A stretch of 64,000 nucleotides of DNA from Zancudomyces culisetae HAW-14-8 (lineage: Eukaryota > Fungi > Kickxellomycota). Positions 11,401-20,506 of this stretch are shown here, in pieces; position 1 is the stretch's first letter; every line of letters begins with the position of its first letter. A program made the position numbers and the translations under genes. The stretch is taken from contig JBNJNM010000008.1 of the NCBI GenBank assembly GCA_052426225.1, positions 868,001-932,000 of the forward strand, written 5' to 3'. The notes beneath the pieces were generated by a model. That model searched no databases and had not been told where the DNA came from. It saw only the letters and a program-made list of their open reading frames with translations.

Positions 11401-12738
11401 TGTCTGTTGCGCATTGACGTGGCTTAACCACTTGTAGTCCACCTCGTCCATCTCGTATTCTGCTGCATATACCACGTCGACGTGCCGAATATAATGCCCT
11501 GCTGGCCTTTCGTATCTGCCATATACATCACGTGCCACTTCTTCAAACTCTGCCTTGGGTTGGCTGCCATGTGGCTTCTTCACCGAAAGTCGCAGTGCGG
11601 CGTGTGTGCTGTTAACCAGCCCCGCCGGTTTACCCAGCTTGTACATCTTGCCCCTTTCCACTATGGCCATTTCCTGTTCCAGTTGCAGATCTGGAACAAA
11701 CTCTCGCCAACTTCTCTCCTCCCGTGGCCTTTCTGTCGTCAATTCCTCGCCTTTTCCATCAATTCTGTCTTCCTCGTGGCTTCGTTTTTCTCGTCTTTTG
11801 ATCGTTTCTTTTTTATCGTTTTTTCGTCCAATTCCGCTTTTCCTTCTACCCCGTCGCTCCCCCTCCCCTTCCCCTTCCACCTCCCCTTCTCTCTCCTCTT
11901 CTCTCATACTTTCCCTTTCTCCCTCCTCTTCCCTTTCCCTTTCTCTTTCCCTCTTTCTTTGCCTTCCCTTCTCTTTCTCTTCTTCGCTGTCTTGTTTCTT
12001 GATTATCCCCCCGCGAATTCCAAACCTAAACTTAATCCGCTCTCTCCTATCTCGTGTTCGCCGTCCAACTATTATATTGTTCTGTACATTTGTTATATCG
12101 ACTTGGTTTTTGTTCTTTGGTGGCCTCCCCCGTTTAGCCTGTCCTGCTGTCTTTTTTGGTGGTCTTCCTCTCCTCGGCGTGCTTACCACCACCGCTTCCT
12201 CCGCTTCCTCCTTTTCTTTTTCCACCTCCTCGTTATCTTCTACTCGAAGCCTGATCCTTTTCCTGGGTCGCTCATTTTCCTGCCCTTTGTCCCCCATACT
12301 CTCTCCATCCTCCTGTTCCTCTTCTTCCTCCTGTTCCTCCTCTCCCTTTTTCCCTCTCTCCCCATTCTGTCCCATTTCATCTTCAGTAATTGCCACTTTA
12401 TTCTTGTTTTTTCGTATAAACCCGTCATTTCCCTCGATTTCTTCTACCATCTTGCGCCCATTGAGTATTTCTTCTACTATTGTTTGCCCATTCACCACCC
12501 CTCTTTCCTCTAAAAGCTTCTTTTTCTTTTTCGCTGTATTATCTTCCAATTTTGTATTTACATTGTCTTTTTGTTGAAGCTTTCTGCTGGCAAGATTGTT
12601 ACCTGTATTACTACCATTATTACTTTCTTTGTCATTGCTCTTGTTGCTATTGCAAAGTTCACCTTTATTGTTATATAATGAATTCATAATTTCTACAGAA
12701 AGCATCTTGACTCCTTCTTTTATGCCAAGCCAGTCCAT
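8401..12738 (-). CDS. NTO1: NuA3 HAT scaffold NTO1/BRPF1-like protein (EPL1, PHD-Zn knuckle-PHD, bromodomain, PWWP); no introns seen
   Basis: [12 protein letters not shown] (EPC), [45 protein letters not shown] (PHD), [34 protein letters not shown] (bromodomain), [13 protein letters not shown] (PWWP). First in-frame ATG is at 12738, with an in-frame stop just upstream. Confidence 0.93.
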   Translation of the reverse strand: [1445 protein letters not shown]

Positions 12739-13735
12739 ATACACTTGTATCTTTTTCTTTTTTTATTTTAATCCACTAGTATTTTCAATTCATTTTCCAT
12801 CAACTAACTGTTTTTTCTACTTTTTCCTTGTTGAATATTCTTTAAATAAATACAGTGTATGATTATGGTCAACCTTTTATTTTTTTAGTTTTAGTTTTTG
12901 GTTCTAGTTTTGGCTTTTAGTTTTTGGTTTTTGGTTTTTGGTAACTCTCCTATCTTTTGTTTTGTTTTTTTCTTTTTTTCTTTTTTTTGCACTTTGTATT
13001 TTTTTTTATCGAGTTTTCGGCTCTTGCTTAATTTTTACTCTCATTTCTCTTTTATTTGGTTTCCAGTATTTTGAATTGTTTTCGCTAAACAAATACATTA
13101 TTATTAATTAAAATTGAATTTTTTTTTGTTTTTTCGTTTTTTTAAGTATTTATTAACTGGATTTTTCAAAATCTTTTTATTTAACAATTGTTTATTTTAA
13201 CACTTACCAAACCTGACTCTCATTCTCATTCCCATTCCTTATAACACTACTACTACTACTACTACTATTAGTATTACCATTACTGTTATTGTTATTGTTA
13301 TTGTTATCGTTTATTAATTTTTTTATTCACTTTAAAAAGTAGGGGAATCCACATTATATACGCATTTATTAATATACACATGCATCTACAATTACATTTA
13401 TACTAAACAGGATACCCAAGCTAGTTGCCTAGTTGCCTAGTTGCCTAGTTTTTGTTTTTGTTTTTGTTTTTCTTTTTGTTCTTTATTGTTTTATTCCATT
13501 TTATATTTTCGCTCTACTATACATTAAATACCAAACGTTTTTCAAAATGGCTAAATAATTTTGTAAATAGTTTTTAAAAAGTAGAGTAGGTAGATAGTCT
13601 AGAGGAAGAGGAAGGATGAGGATGAGATATGTTATGATAAAAAAATAAAATTCAAAAGTGAGTTTTATTTCGGTATTTTAATGTCAAACTAATATAAAAT
13701 AAACACAAAATACAAAGACAGTGACAAGAGTAAGT

Positions 13736-16700
13736 TTATTGTATGGTTGAGGGAGTAGACAACTGGGTTTCTACAAACTCGAAAAACTCCTCGACTTGTT
13801 CCTGTTGATCAAAATCTATCGGGTTTACAAACACCCCCTTGGCAATTGCTTGAGTTCCACCACCCTTACCAAAGTAAGGTCCATTACTACCATTAGTTTT
13901 GGTTTTGGTTTTGGTTTTGGTTTTGAATATGGCATTCAGGACTGAAAGTGCGGAAAGTCCACCATCTGGTCCTACCATACCCATACCATTCTTTTGACTC
14001 TGGTTGGCATTTGCAGCGTCGTTTGTATCGCTCGTGGTGATTGATTTAACAATAATATTCGAATCTTGTACTATTATCAGACAGTAATGAGATGGTAAAG
14101 TAGAAATAGACGAATCAGCCGCAGATGTGGATTGACCATTGACGCTATCATTTAGGGTACGAGAGAGTTCCAGTTTTTTAGAAATTTCTAGTAGATACTG
14201 GTTGATCCAAGAAGGAATTTTTATACCTCCATCAAATTTACCAAGACTAGGCAGGATATGAATTTGTAACTCAACAGTATTATTATTATTGTCATTAGCA
14301 CCAGGATTATTGTTGTGGTTATTAGGAATATCAATGTTAGTAGTGTGTAAATATTTTGGAGCAACCAGTTTTGGAAGCAGCGTGTTGTTGTATAGTGTTA
14401 ATACTTTGGCATTCTTCTCGGCTTTCAATAATGGTGTTTTTATAAACTCGTTGATAATAGCTGTATTAGCAAAATAAGGAGGTATCACTGAAGTCACAGC
14501 TTGATTTGACTGTTGTAATTGTGGTTGTGATTGTGATTGTGACTGTGATTGTGATTGTGACTGTGATTGTTCATCTAGACATGTTAGTAGTGTTTGGTTA
14601 AAGTTCAAAAGTTTTTCAGTTGCAAACTTGCCACATACAGCTTCTATTCGTCTTACTCCAGAAGAAACCGAAGTCTCATTAGTAATCAAAAATGGATAAA
14701 TATCCGCAGTGTTGTTTAAATGCGTCCCTCCACAACTTTCGGTACTAACTATCCTTGTCGTATCATTTGACTCAGCTCCATCGTCACCTCCTATAACCAC
14801 AGTTCGGGTATACTCCTGATCAATACTATAGGTAATGGGCAGACTATGTTTTGCCCACTCATTGATTGTCGCTTGGATATCCAAAATCTGTTGATTAGTT
14901 GGTTTTTTGTTAAATGTAAAATCAAATCTCAGTTTATTATATGAAAGCTGTGAACCCGCTTGTTTGATGGAATTTGAAATACCCGATGGCGCTTTATCCG
15001 CTTTTGCCTCATCTACTGCTGCCTTTGAATGTGGTAAAACTTTATTCAATGCTGATAGCAACATGTGAGTACCTGTATGGTGCAACGAACAACCATACCG
15101 AAACTCTCTGTCCACAAAACATTCGATTTCATCACCAACTGATGGAATAACACATGGATTATCCTGCGGCAATGGTAGCGATGATGAAGATCCTGTTTTT
15201 ATTGATGCTTGTGTCCTTGTATCAACTTTATCCGCTTCTACCAAAATTACAGAGTCGAATTCCGGATCTGTGTATCCACCAATAACATTAAATTTCGTCT
15301 TTTCAGCCGTACCCTCATTGTTACGAAGCGTTATATATCCAATGTCATTTGGTTGGCCACCACCAATAAAATAGAAGGGGTTTTGATCAATTTTGAGAAT
15401 GAATCTAGGATTGGATTGCATTCTTCCCTTTTTTTGATGGTTATTGACTTGCTCACTTTGCTCATGATCTATCCTTTCAATATAATTTATTCTTGCTCTG
15501 GAATGAATATACTTACTTGCCAGATCGTTTTTCAGAGAATCATTGAGATGGTATCCAATAAATTCACTCAATTGATGATTCTGGCTGTGACCTTGGGTTT
15601 GAGTTTGAGTTTGGGTTAAAGGTTGGCCTTCTGTTGATTGGCTCAAGGATTTCCACTTACTAAGCGTTTGTACAAGTTGATTGTTTAGTTGTAGTGCCAA
15701 AGAGTTCTTGTTAGTAATTTTTTTGTCAAGTTGAGACTTGTCAGATACATCTACATTTTGTATACTTGACGTACTTTTAGCCTTCCAACTATCCTTATTT
15801 TTATTTCTGAGAATCTTCAATTGCTCGTCGAACTCGTTCATATCAAATTCTAATCCATGTTCTTGAGCTATCAATAGAGTCGGATCTGGAGGTAATCCAT
15901 GTGTATCATACAGCACCACTACTGTATTGATATCAAGCTTTCCTGCCTTATTTGTGATATTATCGGATACCTGTTGAGTTCCTGACTTCGACTCCGATTC
16001 CGACTCCGACTCTATCTTTGCCTTTTCTATCTTGATTTGTTTGTTCAGAACTGCCAACCCCTTTTCTAAAGTGTTCAGGAATGTAGTTTCCTCACTTTCC
16101 AACACACTAATGATCAACTCGCGGTTTTCTACCAACTCCTTGTATACATGGCCCAGTGTTGCTTCGACATGGAAAAACACGTTTTTCATAAACCCATGCT
16201 TTACCCCCAGCTGATGTCCTGATCTTATGGCTCTGCGGAGGATGCGCCGTAGCACATAGCCTCTACCTGTGTTGCTGGGGTACACGCCCTGGCTAATCAA
16301 AAAGGACGCTGATCTGGTATGATCAGCAATTATTCTATAATACTGCTCAGTACGAATCTGGTCATTTTCAGCATCCTGACTGGCACCAATGCGCTTATCA
16401 TCGCTAACAGCTACACTACTATTTCTCTTGCTGTTATTGTTTTTCTTAGTCTTATTGGTGTTGACTAGTGATTTAATGCCATTAATAAGTGTTGCGAATT
16501 CATCTGTTTCAAAATTCGAGTGTTTATTTTGTAAAACACTGGCTAGTCGTTCCAAACCCATTCCTGTATCTATACATAGAGTATCCAGTTTCGTTATCTG
16601 ATTGTTCTTGGTTAGCAATTTGTCTATAAACACAATATTCCAAATCTCCAACCATTCATAGTCAACGCCCTCAACTTCTTGTACAGGAGCCTCCGTGCTC

Positions 16701-17512
16701 GTTGGGTTTTGATTATAGTGACGACTGCTGGGTTTGTGCATTTTGTAAAATATTTCGGTACATGTTCCACATGGTCCCTCGGTACCAACTGACCAAAAGT
16801 TATCAACATCACCTAGTTCTACAATCTGAGTTGGTCGATTTCCAGCTTTACCCATTTTTTCTCCCCCTTCTTCTTTTGCCTTGTTTTGATCTATATCGTG
16901 TTGGTTTTTAAAACTAGAATCAATTTGCTTTTCCCAAAGCCCCAACACTTCATGATCACCTTTGTATACAGAGACTCGTAACATATGTGGAGGGATTTGC
17001 AACTCTTCAGTCAAAAATGACCATGCAAGCTTAATTGCGGTATCTTTACCATATGCACCAAACGAAAAATTACCCAACATTTCAAAGTATGTCTGGTGCC
17101 GTGGAGTCTTGCCAACTTCGTCCAAGTCATTGTGTTTACCACCAGCGCGTATGCATTGCTGGATTGTGGTTACCCGTTTGTTTGCCGGAGCGACGGATTT
17201 GGGATCCAGAAACCAATTTTTAAACTGCACCATACCAGCATTGGTAAACAACAGCGAAGGATCGTTTTCTGGAACCAAAGGTGCGCTGGGAAATGGGGTA
17301 TGGTTGTGTTTTGCGCCAAAAAAATCTCGAAATTTGGTGCGTATTTCGTTTGTAGATAAACTCACTATACTTCGAAGGTTGTGGCCTGGATGATATATAC
17401 AGTTGTGGGCATTATGGGTGGGAAGCTTTCGTGTCGGAATTAGACCAATAGCTGAGCGTTTCGCGGCCGTGCTTATTGGGTATACCGACTTTGTTGCTAG
17501 TAGACCAAGCAT
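13736..17512 (-). CDS. ALA1: Alanine--tRNA ligase, mitochondrial, bacterial-type
   Basis: Basic/hydroxylated N-terminal presequence, DPSLLFTNAGMVQFK, CIRAGGKHNDL, FEMLGNFSFG, IDTGMGLERL, IADHTR, GRGYVLRRILRRA, editing motifs HHTGTH and CGGTH, GVRRIEAV, C-terminal GKGGG. Confidence 0.95.
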   Translation of the reverse strand: MLGLLATKSVYPISTAAKRSAIGLIPTRKLPTHNAHNCIYHPGHNLRSIVSLSTNEIRTKFRDFFGAKHNHTPFPSAPLVPENDPSLLFTNAGMVQFKNWFLDPKSVAPANKRVTTIQQCIRAGGKHNDLDEVGKTPRHQTYFEMLGNFSFGAYGKDTAIKLAWSFLTEELQIPPHMLRVSVYKGDHEVLGLWEKQIDSSFKNQHDIDQNKAKEEGGEKMGKAGNRPTQIVELGDVDNFWSVGTEGPCGTCTEIFYKMHKPSSRHYNQNPTSTEAPVQEVEGVDYEWLEIWNIVFIDKLLTKNNQITKLDTLCIDTGMGLERLASVLQNKHSNFETDEFATLINGIKSLVNTNKTKKNNNSKRNSSVAVSDDKRIGASQDAENDQIRTEQYYRIIADHTRSASFLISQGVYPSNTGRGYVLRRILRRAIRSGHQLGVKHGFMKNVFFHVEATLGHVYKELVENRELIISVLESEETTFLNTLEKGLAVLNKQIKIEKAKIESESESESKSGTQQVSDNITNKAGKLDINTVVVLYDTHGLPPDPTLLIAQEHGLEFDMNEFDEQLKILRNKNKDSWKAKSTSSIQNVDVSDKSQLDKKITNKNSLALQLNNQLVQTLSKWKSLSQSTEGQPLTQTQTQTQGHSQNHQLSEFIGYHLNDSLKNDLASKYIHSRARINYIERIDHEQSEQVNNHQKKGRMQSNPRFILKIDQNPFYFIGGGQPNDIGYITLRNNEGTAEKTKFNVIGGYTDPEFDSVILVEADKVDTRTQASIKTGSSSSLPLPQDNPCVIPSVGDEIECFVDREFRYGCSLHHTGTHMLLSALNKVLPHSKAAVDEAKADKAPSGISNSIKQAGSQLSYNKLRFDFTFNKKPTNQQILDIQATINEWAKHSLPITYSIDQEYTRTVVIGGDDGAESNDTTRIVSTESCGGTHLNNTADIYPFLITNETSVSSGVRRIEAVCGKFATEKLLNFNQTLLTCLDEQSQSQSQSQSQSQSQPQLQQSNQAVTSVIPPYFANTAIINEFIKTPLLKAEKNAKVLTLYNNTLLPKLVAPKYLHTTNIDIPNNHNNNPGANDNNNNTVELQIHILPSLGKFDGGIKIPSWINQYLLEISKKLELSRTLNDSVNGQSTSAADSSISTLPSHYCLIIVQDSNIIVKSITTSDTNDAANANQSQKNGMGMVGPDGGLSALSVLNAIFKTKTKTKTKTNGSNGPYFGKGGGTQAIAKGVFVNPIDFDQQEQVEEFFEFVETQLSTPSTIQ
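14522..14570 (-). repeat. Hexanucleotide coding repeat encoding poly-(QS) in AlaRS
   Basis: (tgtgat/tgtgac)n on the + strand; the protein reads QSQSQSQS. Confidence 0.9.
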
Positions 17513-18098
17513 ATCTATAACGTTTTTGTTTTTGTTTTTGTTTGTTTTTTTTTTTTTGCAATTCTATGTTTGTGTAAATGTCAGCTTTGGTGGAATATTT
17601 CGCATTTGGTTATGATTAGGTTTATTAACAAATTTGCTTGTTAAAAAGAAAATAGAAAAGTTGTATATTGATGAAAATACTAGGGGAAACGATAAACTTG
17701 TAAAAGTCTGGGTTATCAGTTAATTCGAGTATTTTTGAATTGAGGGTTTTTGGATAATACAAAATAATCTGAGATTTTTTGATTCCACTACTGTATTTTG
17801 GATCAAAAAGATCCAAATTGGCATAGTAAAGATACGGCGAATGGAATACAAACAAAAGTATAAATAAAAATATAAATGTGAAGGAGAACCAAATACTCCA
17901 CAACCTTTGCAAGTTGTCTGTTCATTTATCAATTTAACTGCAAAGGATAAAACAACAAAACAAAACTAAAAAAAATTTTCATAATACTTTTTTTTTTTAC
18001 AGGTAACATTTAATGCTTAAGCTAATCAAAAAAATATAGATAATTACATCAATCAAAAAAAAAAATTAAAGAAATATAACAAAAATAGAAATTGCAAA

Positions 18099-18674
18099 AT
18101 GTCGATAGCAGCTAGTTCGCTAATATCGGGTTCGAATCAATACCGAGTAGTTCAACAAGGGATTTTGGGGCTAGGCGACCTGATATCTACGTTTGGAAAG
18201 CTCAACTATGCACCTAAATCCAACGTCAATCAAAATGGAATCGAGATTAAGCGGATCCAATTGCTCAATCCATTAATTTCAGCCTTTGGACTAGACAGAC
18301 CCAACTACAATACCAAGCCTTCTGGGCAAAATAATTGTAAATGTCAACAATGCTCTTCAGCAGTAGCATCTTCATCCGCAACAACAATGACAGCAACAAC
18401 AACAATGGGAATGAACCTATCAACATCTATTTTGGGACTAGGTTCAATTCTTGGAGAAATCCTGGGTAAAGGAATATATTTGGCAGTTCCCAAGAAAAAG
18501 ACAACACATGCCAAGAAACGAATGCGAAGTAGCAACACGGGTTTGAAGTTGAAAAAAAACCGATCCGATATTTTTACGTGCCCAGTATGTGGAAAGTATA
18601 AATTGATGGGACATGTATGCCTGCATTGTTACAAGAACATTATTAAGAACAAGTTGTTGAATAAGTCTAGTTAA
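18099..18674 (+). CDS. MRPL32: Mitochondrial ribosomal protein bL32m
   Basis: Long presequence followed by LAVPKKKTTHAKKRMR and zinc motif CPVCG..HVCLHC. Confidence 0.9.
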   Translation: MSIAASSLISGSNQYRVVQQGILGLGDLISTFGKLNYAPKSNVNQNGIEIKRIQLLNPLISAFGLDRPNYNTKPSGQNNCKCQQCSSAVASSSATTMTATTTMGMNLSTSILGLGSILGEILGKGIYLAVPKKKTTHAKKRMRSSNTGLKLKKNRSDIFTCPVCGKYKLMGHVCLHCYKNIIKNKLLNKSS

Positions 18675-18962
18675 TCTTTTTTTTCTTTTTGCAAAGGTGG
18701 GTTCTAACAAAGTAGGTTGATCCTATTCTCTTTTTTTGCTTTTCTTTTGATGTTTGATTTTTTTTTCTTTGTTTTTTTAGAGTAATTTTGGAAAAATTCA
18801 TATTAAATATATAAATATATAATCACCATATAATGAATTTCAAATGATACTACTTGTGTAATTTAAAAATAATGAAAAGGTAAATATGATGATTGTAAGT
18901 TTTAGTTTTTCACAAGTTATTTTTTAATCTTTTTAAGGGAAAGGGAAGGGGAAGGGGGAGTA

Positions 18963-20249
18963 TTAGGCAGATGAGTTAGCGACAGGTACAAAGAATTTGG
19001 TTTCTTGCAACTTGCCGTAGATTTTCCAACCATCATTAATGTTCCTATCACTGAAAACAGTATTACCAGAAAACTCGCTCTTTTCAACAATGTTCTGGAA
19101 CACAATGTATTCGGTGACAGGAATAGCTTTGTTTGGATCACCAGCTATCAACTTGGAACGAGATCCAGCACTAGGTCTACCACTGTTGGAAGTAGAACCT
19201 GAGGAATAGATTGCCACAGCCTGTTCTTGAGTAATTCGCAGAACCACTTGGAAAATAAAACTGTCAGGACCAAGTTTTTTAGTAACTGCTTGAACAATAC
19301 GTGGCTTTTCTAGTGATGAGAGTTTTTGATAGTAATAAGTACCCACACGTTTTTTCATATCGCTTTTGAGTTTGGAAAGTAGTACTGGTTGACAAAGCAC
19401 TTGAAGAGTCTCACGATCACCCCTAAATAGAATGTTTTTGTTTTGAGTAAACTATGTTTGAATTGAATATGGATTATAAAAAGTATAAATAAAATGGTGT
19501 TTTACTTTGCAAAGGCAACGTTCATTTCGTCATACATTCGTTCTCCATCGATAAGAAATTGGTTAGGTGACCAGTTTTTGATTTGTCTTTTGATTGAACC
19601 GATTCTATTTCAGATATATTCAATAGAAATAAAAGATATGTATATAAGAAACCCAAAAACAATGATGGATATTTCCAAAAGCAATAAATGAATTGTTTAA
19701 AAAAGATATATACAAATAAAAATAAAAATACTTACGCAAAAGTTGTAGCCATAATATTCTTCCAGTGTTGTAGAGCAATTTTGAAACCAAGTTTTGAAGA
19801 GTAGAAACTTGGACGCTTTGATTTTGGCATTGGAACGAAATCGCCTATATAAAAAATAAAGAGTAAAGGGGGAGAAGGGGGAGAAGATTAATTAGTAACA
19901 AGCCATTGAGAATATTCAAGATAAGAATTGTGAATTGGAAAAAATATAATATATATATAATATATAATACATAGACGTTAATAAATATAGGGAGATTGAG
20001 ATATTTACTTAGTAGGCCATATTCGATTAGGTGAAATCTCGGAACATTGGATCTTGTTGCATATTGTCTAGTAAGATTAGAATAGGCCAAGCTAGTTACG
20101 GCTGGAGATTCGAAGCGACCATTAGTTGAGAGTTTGGAGGTTGGCAAAGAAAATAGAGAAGAGTAGTGGTAGTTGCGGGCAAGTATAGTAGTTGGTTTAG
20201 ATATATTGTAGAATAAAGGTTTTGGCATTATTAGGGTTTTTTTAAACAT
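18963..20249 (-). CDS. MBA1: Tim44-like domain mitochondrial ribosome receptor (Mba1/mL45); exons ~20249-20009, 19844-19736, 19604-19506, 19422-18963
   Basis: Mitochondrial presequence. Spliced translation gives YDEMNVAFAKGDRETLQVLC..QVVLRITQEQAVAIY..PVTEYIVFQ..WKIYGK, a Tim44-like fold pattern. Confidence 0.75.
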
Positions 20250-20506
20250 TGTTGAGTATTAATCTAGATTTTTTTTTACTTTTTTTTTTTTGCTTTTGTA
20301 TAATATATGAATTATTAATCTATAATGAAGAAAAAAAAGTTTGTGAATATCAACTATAAAAATAAAAAAAATCAAAGTAATCAGTTGTAGAAATAGTAGG
20401 CATTTATCAGGAGAGAAAAGCGAAAAAAAAAAAATGAAGGGAAAAATTGATTGATTCTGATTTATTTGATATAGAAAAAAAAAATCATAATAAAAGAGGT
20501 AAAAAA

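Noticed and set aside
11482-12577. Two long + strand ORFs (343 and 340 aa) antisense to NTO1
   Set aside because: Shadow ORFs. The purine-rich low-complexity NTO1 N-terminus gives a pyrimidine-rich antisense strand with few stop codons, and the products are F/L/S/P-rich without domains.
13200-13240. Possible upstream NTO1 exon (MGMRMRVRF, then a GTAAGT donor on the minus strand)
   Set aside because: It arises from a simple (GAATGA/GAATGG) repeat, and I found no convincing in-frame acceptor linking it to the main ORF. It could at most be a UTR intron.
17625-17932. Short minus-strand ORFs between AlaRS and MRPL32
   Set aside because: Non-ATG starts, F/I/L/Y-biased composition typical of AT-rich intergenic DNA and no recognisable motif.
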